Source: Dickeya solani IPO 2222
GTDB lineage: Bacteria; Pseudomonadota; Gammaproteobacteria; Enterobacterales; Enterobacteriaceae
Length of the DNA: 32,000 nt
Reading direction: 5' to 3'
Assembly: GCF_001644705.1 (NCBI RefSeq)
Contig: NZ_CP015137.1
Location: 3,030,001-3,062,000, forward strand
The notes below the pieces were generated by a model that was given only the letters and a program-made list of their open reading frames with translations, had not been told where the DNA came from and did no database searches. Positions 20,985 to 29,348 of the stretch are shown one piece after another (position 1 is the stretch's first letter; the number at the start of each line of letters is the position of its first letter). The translations under genes were made by a program, and so were the position numbers.

Positions 20985-23555
20985 ATGAATAAGCATCTCT
21001 ATTTGATGATGATACTTGGCGTATCATCAACGGCGACGGCTGCCGAACAGACGGCTCAAACAGAAAATACCGCTACCGATAAACCGGCGGTGGCAGAAAA
21101 GAAAAATGCCGATGAAGATACCATTCTGGTGCGTTCCACTCCCACCAGTCAGAGTATGGGTACGCAGATTATCAACAGCGAGCAGATTCAGCGTCGGCCG
21201 ACGCGTAACGGCAGCGTCACTGAGTTACTGCGTTCTAATCCAAACGTGCGTTTCTCAAACGATCTTGATAGCAGCCTAACGCCCGGCGAACTGGCGCCGG
21301 AAAACGTGTCGTTTCATGGCGAGAAGTTTTATCAAAATAACTATATGATCGACGGGTTATCCAATAATAATGTGATTAACCCCGGTGCGAATAATGGTGA
21401 ACTGAGCGCGTCACCGGACGGATATAGCCCGACTGACCTGCCCGCCGGCGGCGCGCAATCATTCTGGATTAACTCGGAGTTGATCGAGCAATTACAGGTA
21501 TTCGACAGCAATGTCTCCGCGAAATACGGCGACTTTACCGGCGGCGTGGTCGATGCCAAATTAAAAGACCCGAAACTGGACCGCGCTTCCGGTAGGGTTT
21601 CTTACCGAACCACTCGCGACAGCTGGACCCGGTATCATATTGACGACGATATTGAAGGCGACTTTTATTCAGCAAGTCAGCTCTATTATCAGCCGAAATT
21701 CCGCAAGAATTTTTATTCCGCCACCTTTAATCAGCCATTAAGCGATAAGGCCGGATTTATTTTTGCCTATAACCGCCAGCAATCGTCCATCCCGTTTTAC
21801 AACAGCGTCATGGACGAATGGGTCACGCAGACGCGTGAGGCGGAAACCTATTTGCTTAAAGGCACCTATCTGGCGGATAACGGCGATATTTTCCGCCTGA
21901 CCGGCATGTACGCGCCGCATGAGTCCGGCTATTACAAAAAAGACATCAAAAACGGTGGCTATACCAATACCGGCGGTGGCTATCGCGGCAATATCGAATG
22001 GGAACACAACGCGGACTGGGGGAAAGTGAGCAGTCTGGCGGGTTATCAGTCTGAGGAAAACCGCATCGAGCATGAGGGCGATACCTATCAATCCTGGTAT
22101 CGCTATAACCTGTCGTCCCGGTTTGTGTCCAGGGTTGTGGACTGGGGAACGGGGGTAGCGGGAAATAACGCACAGTTATCAGGGATCGGCGGTTATGGAA
22201 AATATGCCACAGAAAAACAGACCGTTACCTTCAAACAGGATTATGAACTAAACCCGCTTGCGCTGTGGGGCACCAACCATCAGTTGGATATGGGTTGGCA
22301 GGTGGATTCTTACCGTGCGCAATATCGCCGTTTTAGCGATGTGTATACCAGTCGAAATACGCCTACCATCAGCACCAGCGTCGTGTGTCAGGCCGGCGAC
22401 GCTTTCTGTATTACTGGCGAGCAGTATTACCGTAGCCGCAATCTGTTCCCGGCGCGTCAGGTGGAAGGCAATTACGTCAATTATGCGATGTATTTGCAGG
22501 ACAGCGTCAGTTACAAGAATCTGGAAGTGACGCCGGGCGTGCGTTTGCAGTATGACGATTATCTGAAAAACCTGAACATCGCCCCGCGTCTGGCGGCGTC
22601 TTATGATGTGTTTGGCGATCGCGCCACCCGCATTTTCGGCGGCGCCAACCGTTACTACGCCCAGAACATGCTGGCGTACAAACTGCGCGCCGGGATCAAC
22701 GAGTCGGTAGTGCAGAGCCGCACCAGCGCCAGCAGTGCCTGGACCAGCGGCAATAGCAGCAATGGCAGTTATGACTACAATATTTCCGACCTGAAAACGC
22801 CGTACAGCGACGAGTTATCGCTGGGGCTGTCGCAACGGGTGTACGACACCGTTTGGACGTTGAAATGGGTTAATCGTCAGGGGCGCGACCAGTTTGGCCG
22901 CAGCAGCGGAACCGATGACAGCGGCCAACGCTATTACTACCTGACCAACAATGCCCGCACCGAAGGCAATACGGTTTCGCTGACGGTGGAGCCGATCAGC
23001 CCGTATAAACTGAAATACGCCGATATTCGCTGGGGGCTCAGCGCCAGCATGGCGGATAACAAGACCAGCTCGCAGATTTACTACGACCAGAGCAACCTGG
23101 ATGACCGCAAGGTGATTTTCAAAGGCCGCCTGACCGATCGTCGTGATATGGACGCGCTGGACTACAACACCCCCTGGTCGGTGGCGCTGAACATCAACAC
23201 CTATTTCCCGGCTATTCGTCTTAACTGGGATCATAACCTGGCCTATACCTCCGGTTACAAAGGCTATCGTACCTCCAGCGTCACCTGCTCCGGCAGCGCC
23301 AGCAGCGTCAGCGCCTGCGGCGATTACACCGGTAGCGCCACGCTGTATACCGAGCGCCAGCATCAGGATTACGTCTCTTACGACTGGCGATTCAACTACT
23401 CCTTGCCCACCTATAAAAACCAGTCGCTGGACCTGACGCTGGACGTGATCAACGTATTAGACAACGTGATCGCCACTTCGCAGGAATCCACCGGCAATAC
23501 GGTGACCTACAAGCTGGGTCGTCAGTTCTGGCTGGGCGTGGCTTACAACTGGTAA
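20985..23555 (+). CDS. fusA: TonB-dependent outer-membrane receptor (FusA / YddB-like)
   Basis: The start is corrected to ATG 20985 (AGGA SD 8 nt upstream). Signal peptide MNKHLYLMMILGVSSTATA/AEQ, TonB box EDTILVRS (21114-21137), a plug and a large barrel, and a C-terminal aromatic ...WLGVAYNW. The Fus-type assignment comes from the gene neighbourhood. Confidence 0.8.
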   Translation: MNKHLYLMMILGVSSTATAAEQTAQTENTATDKPAVAEKKNADEDTILVRSTPTSQSMGTQIINSEQIQRRPTRNGSVTELLRSNPNVRFSNDLDSSLTPGELAPENVSFHGEKFYQNNYMIDGLSNNNVINPGANNGELSASPDGYSPTDLPAGGAQSFWINSELIEQLQVFDSNVSAKYGDFTGGVVDAKLKDPKLDRASGRVSYRTTRDSWTRYHIDDDIEGDFYSASQLYYQPKFRKNFYSATFNQPLSDKAGFIFAYNRQQSSIPFYNSVMDEWVTQTREAETYLLKGTYLADNGDIFRLTGMYAPHESGYYKKDIKNGGYTNTGGGYRGNIEWEHNADWGKVSSLAGYQSEENRIEHEGDTYQSWYRYNLSSRFVSRVVDWGTGVAGNNAQLSGIGGYGKYATEKQTVTFKQDYELNPLALWGTNHQLDMGWQVDSYRAQYRRFSDVYTSRNTPTISTSVVCQAGDAFCITGEQYYRSRNLFPARQVEGNYVNYAMYLQDSVSYKNLEVTPGVRLQYDDYLKNLNIAPRLAASYDVFGDRATRIFGGANRYYAQNMLAYKLRAGINESVVQSRTSASSAWTSGNSSNGSYDYNISDLKTPYSDELSLGLSQRVYDTVWTLKWVNRQGRDQFGRSSGTDDSGQRYYYLTNNARTEGNTVSLTVEPISPYKLKYADIRWGLSASMADNKTSSQIYYDQSNLDDRKVIFKGRLTDRRDMDALDYNTPWSVALNINTYFPAIRLNWDHNLAYTSGYKGYRTSSVTCSGSASSVSACGDYTGSATLYTERQHQDYVSYDWRFNYSLPTYKNQSLDLTLDVINVLDNVIATSQESTGNTVTYKLGRQFWLGVAYNW

Positions 23556-23563
23556 TGACCTGA

Positions 23564-23593
23564 CGCCGGGAACGGGCACGTCCCGCCCCGGCG
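23564..23593 (+). other. GC-rich two-tier hairpin between the receptor and protease genes
   Basis: cgccggg (23564-23570) pairs with cccggcg (23587-23593). The inner stem is cggg-cacgt-cccg. No U-tract follows. Confidence 0.4.
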
Positions 23594-23652
23594 ATGAGAC
23601 AGTGATTTCTGAGATATCCCGTCGGTTTTACGTACCCATGATTGAGCGATTA

Positions 23653-26445
23653 ATGAGAAAAATGACTTCCCGCTGGATAGGCACGATAGCTTTCTGTCTG
23701 TTCAGTGCGCTGGCCTCAGCGCAAACCGTCACCAGCCCGTTGCCGGTGATCACTGAGGGGCAACTGGATAACGGCCTGCGCTACACCATCGTGCCGCTGG
23801 CAGGGCAGCAACAACGGCTGGATATCCGGCTGAGCGTTGAATCCGGTTCGCTGGATGAGCAAGACGGCGAGTCCGGCGTGGCGCATATGGTCGAACACAT
23901 GGTGTTCCGCGCCACGCGGGAGTATCCGGCCGGTCTGGCGCAGACGCTGGGTCAGCAGGGCTGGGTTCGCGGTCAGCATTACAATGCCATGACCAATTAC
24001 GAGCGCACGGTGTACATGCTGAGCCCGCCTGCCGGCAAGCCGTCTTTGGGGCTGGCGCTGAACGTGCTGGCGCAGATCGCCGGGCAGGCGCGCTTCGAAC
24101 CGGAGGACTGGCAGCGTGAACGTCAGGTGATTCTGGAAGAGTGGCGCGGCAAGCTTGGCGTGGCGGAACGCATGAACCAACAACGGGTGGCCGCCATCCG
24201 GCATGGCTCCCGCTATCCCGATCGTCCGGTTATCGGCTCCGAAAACGCGATCCAGACCACGCCGGTGACGGTGCTGCGCAATTTTTACGCCCGCTGGTAT
24301 CACCCCCGGAATATGCGCCTGATCGTGATCGGCGACCTGCAACCTGAACAGGTGAAACAGGCGATTACGCAGGCGATGGGGACGTTGCCGGACGGCAAGA
24401 TCCCGCCGCGGGATCAGTATGAACCAGCGTTGCGCCCGCAACTGCATGTGGTGGGCCTGCAGGACAGCCAGAGCAGCGTCAGCCAGGTGTCGTTGGTGTT
24501 GCGTTTTGATGACGCGGCGGCCAGAGCACCCGGCGAGCAGGGGCTGCGTCATCGTTTGATCAACCAGATCGCGTTGGACACCCTGAGCCGGCAGGTACAG
24601 CGTCAGCCGATCTCCCCGGCAACGGCGGTCAGCAGTCTGGTGGTGCGCAAGTCCGACATCGGGCGTAACACGGTGGCGCTGGGGCTGTTCGCTTCGGTGC
24701 TTCCGGATGGCCACCGGCAGGGGCTGAGCGTGCTGCTGCAGGAGATTGCCCGGTTGCAGCGCTACCCGCTCTACGAGTCGGACATCACGGCCGTCAAGGA
24801 TGAGATTCGTCAGTCGGCGCAGAACATGGCGGCGACGCCGGAACAGCGCGAGTTCTCCGACTGGGTGCAGCAACTGGTGGTGTCCTGGCAGCAGGAGCGC
24901 CCTTATACCGGCAAACAACAGCTGGGGCAACAGGCGCTGGCGGCGCTGAAAAACATTACCGCCGCCGACATCAACGCTTGTCTGCAACGCTGGCTGTCCT
25001 CGCCCGATCAACTGGTGCAGTTCAGCGTCCCCGGCAGCCTGCCTTTTACCTTGCCGTCAGCGGCCGACATTGAACAACAGCGCCAGCAGGTAGCCCGCAG
25101 CGAGCTGTCGCCGTTGCAACCATCTGTGGTGCGGGTCGCGCCCGTGCTGCTGGCAGCCGACGGTCAGGGCGCGGTCACCCGCGTGCGCTCGTTCCCGGAG
25201 CAGAAGGTGGAAGAGTGGCAACTGGGCAATGGCGATCGGCTGGTGTGGCTGCGCAGCGCTCAGGCAGGCAAAGCGGTATCGCTGACCGTGCAGTCGCCCG
25301 CCGGCTTTATGGCGCCGGGACGTGAGCCGTGGCTGTCCCAACTGGCCGGTCAACTGATCAGCCAAAGCGGGCCGGTTGGCTGGAAAGGCCGCGATCTGAA
25401 CGACTGGAAAAAGGCGCAGCAGCTGTCTCTCAGTCTGGATTACCAGCCGGATGCGCTGCGCTGGAGCGGCAGCGTCAGCCCGGACAAGCTGGACGCGCTG
25501 CTGCATCTCTATCATGCGATGAACCGGTCGGCCGCTATTGATGAAAACGACATGCGCGACAGCCTGTCGGTGCTGAAACGCCAGCAGGTCACCCGTGAGC
25601 AGAGCGTTGGCTCCCGGCGGGATCAGGAGATCGCCGTGTTGCAGTTTGGCAAAACGACCACGCCTTTCCCAACGCCGGCGCAACTGGACACCGTCACCAC
25701 TGAACAACTGGCGGAGCAGTGGCGGCAGACCGTCGCGGCGCCGGTGACCTACTATCTGCTGGCCGATCTGCCGGCGGAGCGGTTACGCCCGCTGGTGGAG
25801 CGCTATCTGGCTTCACTGCCGCGCCAGAGCGGCGCTGAAAGCCCGCAGAACCTGGCGTTGCCGGGGAAACGCGAGCGCCTCTCCGCCATCAATCTGGAAC
25901 CGAAGGCGGATATCTACCTGTGGAGTTTCTCGCCGCAGCCGTGGACGCCGCAGCAGGCGGTGCAGGTCAATATCGCCTCCCGGCTGGCGGCCCGTTATCT
26001 CAAGGCCAGCCTGCGGGATGACGCGCAGGGGATTTATAACCTGAAGATGGAAAGTCGTCTGAATGACAACAGCCAGCGTATTGAGACGTTGCTGCGTTTC
26101 ACCACCTCGCCGCAGCGGGCGCAGGAGTTGAGACGCAACGCGCAGCAGGTACTGGAAACGCTGGCGACGCGCATCACGCCGCAGGACGTGGAGCAGGAGC
26201 GCCAGCAGTTTATCCGTAGCGAGCGCGCCCGCCAGCAGGACAACAGCACCCTGATGTCGCGGCTGATGCTGAGTTACCGCAACTACCACGATCCCCGCTA
26301 TCTGACCCAACTGGATAGCCTGGCGCCGGCCATCACCATTGAGGCGGTACGCGAGGCGGCGTCCCGACTGTGGCATCCGCAAAATCAGGTGCTGTATATC
26401 ACCTTGCCTCAACACACTACATTGCCGCAGGAGAAGAAATCGTGA
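23653..26445 (+). CDS. fusC: Periplasmic M16-family zinc metalloprotease (FusC / PqqL-like)
   Basis: HxxEH zinc motif GVAHMVEHMVFRAT (His codon at 23884). About 930 aa, a tandem M16 clam-shell size. Signal peptide MRKMTSRWIGTIAFCLFSALASA/QTV. The start is ambiguous among ATG 23638, 23653 and 23662; the track start GTG 23602 is unlikely. Confidence 0.85.
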   Translation: MRKMTSRWIGTIAFCLFSALASAQTVTSPLPVITEGQLDNGLRYTIVPLAGQQQRLDIRLSVESGSLDEQDGESGVAHMVEHMVFRATREYPAGLAQTLGQQGWVRGQHYNAMTNYERTVYMLSPPAGKPSLGLALNVLAQIAGQARFEPEDWQRERQVILEEWRGKLGVAERMNQQRVAAIRHGSRYPDRPVIGSENAIQTTPVTVLRNFYARWYHPRNMRLIVIGDLQPEQVKQAITQAMGTLPDGKIPPRDQYEPALRPQLHVVGLQDSQSSVSQVSLVLRFDDAAARAPGEQGLRHRLINQIALDTLSRQVQRQPISPATAVSSLVVRKSDIGRNTVALGLFASVLPDGHRQGLSVLLQEIARLQRYPLYESDITAVKDEIRQSAQNMAATPEQREFSDWVQQLVVSWQQERPYTGKQQLGQQALAALKNITAADINACLQRWLSSPDQLVQFSVPGSLPFTLPSAADIEQQRQQVARSELSPLQPSVVRVAPVLLAADGQGAVTRVRSFPEQKVEEWQLGNGDRLVWLRSAQAGKAVSLTVQSPAGFMAPGREPWLSQLAGQLISQSGPVGWKGRDLNDWKKAQQLSLSLDYQPDALRWSGSVSPDKLDALLHLYHAMNRSAAIDENDMRDSLSVLKRQQVTREQSVGSRRDQEIAVLQFGKTTTPFPTPAQLDTVTTEQLAEQWRQTVAAPVTYYLLADLPAERLRPLVERYLASLPRQSGAESPQNLALPGKRERLSAINLEPKADIYLWSFSPQPWTPQQAVQVNIASRLAARYLKASLRDDAQGIYNLKMESRLNDNSQRIETLLRFTTSPQRAQELRRNAQQVLETLATRITPQDVEQERQQFIRSERARQQDNSTLMSRLMLSYRNYHDPRYLTQLDSLAPAITIEAVREAASRLWHPQNQVLYITLPQHTTLPQEKKS

Positions 26446-28103
26446 AACCGTTCCTGCAGGCTTTTGCCCTGTTGTGTCGCTCATTCTGGCTTAACCCGCG
26501 TTACTGGCAAAGCTGGTTGCTATTGGCTGCCATCGTGGCGATGGGCGGCAGCATTGTGTATCTCAACGTCCGTATCAATGACTGGAGTAAAACCTTTTAT
26601 GATGCGCTGGGGGCATTTGACAGCGGCTTACTTTACCGCCTGATCAAAGAATATTGCTTCTATATCCTGATTTATATCGGTGTCTTCGTGTATCAGGAGT
26701 GGCTGACCAAACTGCTGATTATCCGCTGGCGCGAACAGATGACGGCGGCGTTTATCGATAGCTGGCTGGCGAAACGCGCCTTTTATCGCCTGTCGCTGAG
26801 CGGCCGGGTGGATAACCCGGACCAGCGTATCGCGCAGGATGTCGACCTGTTCGTCACCCAGACGGTGCGGCTGTCGGTGTCGTTTATCATCACCTTCGCC
26901 CAGTTATTCTCGTTCCTGCTGATTCTGTGGGATCTTTCCGGCGTACAGCAGTTCACGCTGTGGGGGCACAGTGTTACCGTCAGCGGTTATCTGGTCTGGG
27001 TTGCGGTGCTCTATACCGTGCTGGGCAGCCTGATTACCCAGTGGGTCGGCAAACGGCTGCACGGCATCAACTACCATAAGCAGCAGGCGGAAGCGGATTT
27101 CCGCGCCTCGCTGCTGCGTAAACACGACAGCGCGGAGCAGATCGCGTTGTACGGCGGTGAACGGCAGGAGAAGCGCCAACTGGGCGGCTATTTTTCGTCG
27201 ATCGTCAGCAACTGGCGCTCACTGATGAACGCCGAGCGCAACCTTGGCCTGTTTACCGTCGGCTATACCCGCGTCAGCCTGATCGTGCCGGTATTCGCCG
27301 CCCTGCCGGCGTTTCTCAGCAAGACCGTCACGCTCGGCGGGCTGATGCAGATTCGCAGCGCGTTCGGACAGGTACACAGCGCGCTGAGCTGGTTTATCCG
27401 GGTGTATTACTCGCTGGTGGAACTCTCCGCCAGCATGACGCGTCTGGATCAGTTCCGGCGGGAAATCGAGGCACATCAGGATACGGCGATACCCGTCGTA
27501 CAGGGGGAACAACTGCAGGTGGAGCGGCTCAGCTTCTCCACGCCGCAGGGGCAACCGCTGCTGCGCAACGTGACTTTCCAGTGCGCGCCCGGCAGCTGGA
27601 ACCGGCTTTCCGGCCACAGCGGGCTGGGGAAATCGACCTTGCTGCGCACGCTGGCCGGGTTGTGGCCCTATTACAACGGCGCCTGGCAGGCCGGGCGCGG
27701 CAATTCGCTGCTGTTGCCGCAGCAAAGCTATTTAGGGCAGGGGGCGCTGGCGGAGGTGATCTGCTATCCGCGCGCGCGGCTGGACGATGACGCGGTGTTG
27801 CGTCAGGTGTTGGAGCAGGTTGGGCTGGGCGATTGGGGTGACCGGTTGCAGCAGCAGATGAACTGGGATCGGGTATTCTCCGGCGGCGAGCGACAGCGGC
27901 TGGCGCTGGCGCGGGCGCTGGTCAATCGCCCGGATCAGTTGTATCTGGACGAGGCCACCAGCCACCTTGACCCGCAGGCAGCCCGGCACCTGTTGGGGAT
28001 GATCCGACAGGCATTGCCGGATTGCACCGTGATTGCGGTCACTCACCAGCAGGAACTGGCCGATCTGTTTCATTATCACATCGATCTGGCCGCTTTCCGC
28101 TAA
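26442..28103 (+). CDS. fusD: SbmA/BacA-like TMD fused to an ABC ATPase (FusD / YddA-like inner-membrane transporter)
   Basis: The start is corrected to GTG 26442 (AGGAG SD 8 nt upstream; GTGA overlap with the protease stop). VKPFLQAFALLCRSFWLNPRYWQSW..., Walker A GHSGLGKST, signature FSGGERQRLALARAL, Walker B QLYLDEATSHLD. Confidence 0.85.
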   Translation: MKPFLQAFALLCRSFWLNPRYWQSWLLLAAIVAMGGSIVYLNVRINDWSKTFYDALGAFDSGLLYRLIKEYCFYILIYIGVFVYQEWLTKLLIIRWREQMTAAFIDSWLAKRAFYRLSLSGRVDNPDQRIAQDVDLFVTQTVRLSVSFIITFAQLFSFLLILWDLSGVQQFTLWGHSVTVSGYLVWVAVLYTVLGSLITQWVGKRLHGINYHKQQAEADFRASLLRKHDSAEQIALYGGERQEKRQLGGYFSSIVSNWRSLMNAERNLGLFTVGYTRVSLIVPVFAALPAFLSKTVTLGGLMQIRSAFGQVHSALSWFIRVYYSLVELSASMTRLDQFRREIEAHQDTAIPVVQGEQLQVERLSFSTPQGQPLLRNVTFQCAPGSWNRLSGHSGLGKSTLLRTLAGLWPYYNGAWQAGRGNSLLLPQQSYLGQGALAEVICYPRARLDDDAVLRQVLEQVGLGDWGDRLQQQMNWDRVFSGGERQRLALARALVNRPDQLYLDEATSHLDPQAARHLLGMIRQALPDCTVIAVTHQQELADLFHYHIDLAAFR

Positions 28104-28116
28104 CCCTTTTCCCTTT

Positions 28117-28157
28117 GGCCGGGAAGACGTTTTTCCCAGGTGAAGTTTTTCCCGGCC
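28117..28157 (+). other. Inverted repeat after the ABC transporter gene (possible terminator or alternative structure)
   Basis: ggccgggaa (28117-28125) pairs with ttcccggcc (28149-28157). The 5' arm can alternatively pair locally (gggaa / ttccc at 28133-28137). No clear U-tract. Confidence 0.3.
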
Positions 28158-28221
28158 TGCCTGAACAATGGTAATCTTGGCGGCATGTGCGCGCCGTGGA
28201 TCAACCGGCGCGAATTTTACG

Positions 28222-28248
28222 GCACTTTCTGCCGGCGGCGGACTCAAA
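28222..28248 (+). promoter_or_regulatory. Candidate sigmaE-type promoter for yfeY
   Basis: GCACTT (28222-28227), a 16-nt spacer, then TCAAA (28244-28248) resembles the sigmaE consensus GGAACTT-N16-TCAAA. YfeY is known as an RpoE-regulated lipoprotein in E. coli. Confidence 0.3.
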
Positions 28249-28311
28249 GAGCCAGCGCTATGGCAGGGCCGGCTCTGTGGGTCGGCGCCGTTTTATGTTG
28301 AGGAGTCGAGA

Positions 28312-28902
28312 GTGACAAAAGTGCGTCCGTTGTTTCTGGCTTTCCCGCTGTTGCTGGCGGGGTGCAGCACACTATCCAGTTTTTCCTGGTCCAGTTTGTC
28401 GCCGTTTAACTGGTTTGGCCATCGTCTGACGGTATCGGACGCCGGCGTTGGGGACATTACTGCCAGGACGCCGATGCTGGAGTCGGTATTGAATGACGCG
28501 CTGAACGGCGATTATCGTCTGCGCGGCGGTATGGAAACCCGTAACGGCAAGCTGGTATCGATCTATGAAGCGCTCAAGGATGACAGCGTCAGGCTGGAAA
28601 TCAGCGGCGCGCCGAAAGGCCAGGTCACACAGGTGGCTGTAATGGACAAGGCGATCGCCAGCGAGTGGGGCGTGAAAATCGGCGACGAATTCAGTTCGCT
28701 TTACAGCAAAGCGTTTGGCCTCTGTCAGCCGGGACAAGGCGCGGATTCCCACAGCGTTGAATGCGTGGCGCCGCAGGGTAAACACGTTAGCTACCTGTTC
28801 TCCGGCGACTGGAGCGGACCGGAAGGGCTGATGCCATCCGACGATATTCTCAAGAGCTGGAAGGTCAGCAAGATCGTTTGGCACGCGCAGGGTCGAGAAT
28901 AA
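28312..28902 (+). CDS. yfeY: RpoE-regulated lipoprotein YfeY (DUF1131)
   Basis: The start is corrected to GTG 28312 (GAGGAG SD). VTKVRPLFLAFPLLLAGCSTLSSFSWSSLSPFNWFG... has an LLAGC lipobox, and ...DYRLRGGMETRNG...GPEGLMPSDDILKSWKVSKIVW is collinear with E. coli YfeY. Confidence 0.88.
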   Translation: MTKVRPLFLAFPLLLAGCSTLSSFSWSSLSPFNWFGHRLTVSDAGVGDITARTPMLESVLNDALNGDYRLRGGMETRNGKLVSIYEALKDDSVRLEISGAPKGQVTQVAVMDKAIASEWGVKIGDEFSSLYSKAFGLCQPGQGADSHSVECVAPQGKHVSYLFSGDWSGPEGLMPSDDILKSWKVSKIVWHAQGRE

Positions 28903-28925
28903 TTCATCAGCATAGTTTATGTATT

Positions 28926-28961
28926 CATGGGCCGGGATAACGCTATTCCGGCTCATGTTTT
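28926..28961 (+). terminator. yfeY rho-independent terminator
   Basis: catgggccgg (28926-28935) pairs with ccggctcatg (28948-28957, one G-U pair). 12-nt loop, followed by tttt. Confidence 0.55.
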
Positions 28962-29348
28962 CGCCGCGTTGTGCGCCGTAATGCCATTTTTATCAGATTT
29001 ATTGTTGAAGTTTGTTAAAGAATTTGGCGCTTATTCTGTGCTGAGTTACTGAATAATCCCCTGATGACTCACTGCTTTTATTCCTTTTTGTCATCGCTTC
29101 ATCCACGTCTTATCTTACTGGTTTGTCATTTCTTCTGAATATGATCCGGATCGCATCTGGTGCTGTATCTGTGCCCGCCTGACGCTAACATATAAATCTG
29201 CATACAGATTGCCGACATAATGCGCTGTGTGCGACTGGCAACCGATAGCGTTCTGTTGGCTGTCAATATCACCTGTACAGGAAGTCTGATGTGCGGATTC
29301 GCATCGCGTTTGGAGCCGCACACCGATAATGATCAATAAGGAGTTTTG

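Noticed and set aside
23716-26484. Minus-strand ORFs of 431, 216 and 223 aa opposite the M16 protease gene. Similar cases lie opposite fusA (22815..23363), fusB (20144..20693), fusD (27219..28247), the GT gene (29115..29936, 30038..30745), recN, hemF (18220..19017), grpE (10842..11480), tal (14325..14855) and ypeA (19228..19881).
   Set aside because: All are antisense shadow ORFs of GC-rich genes with Arg/Gln/His/Pro-rich low-complexity translations. The sense-strand proteins have clear family signatures.
28981-29140. Two mini-ORFs in the GT leader: MPFLSDLLLKFVKEFGAYSVLSY (28981-29052), and MTHCFYSFLSSLHPRLILLVCHFF starting within 29060-29070
   Set aside because: No Shine-Dalgarno sequences and no recognisable family. 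They are mentioned only as possible leader peptides within the GT finding.
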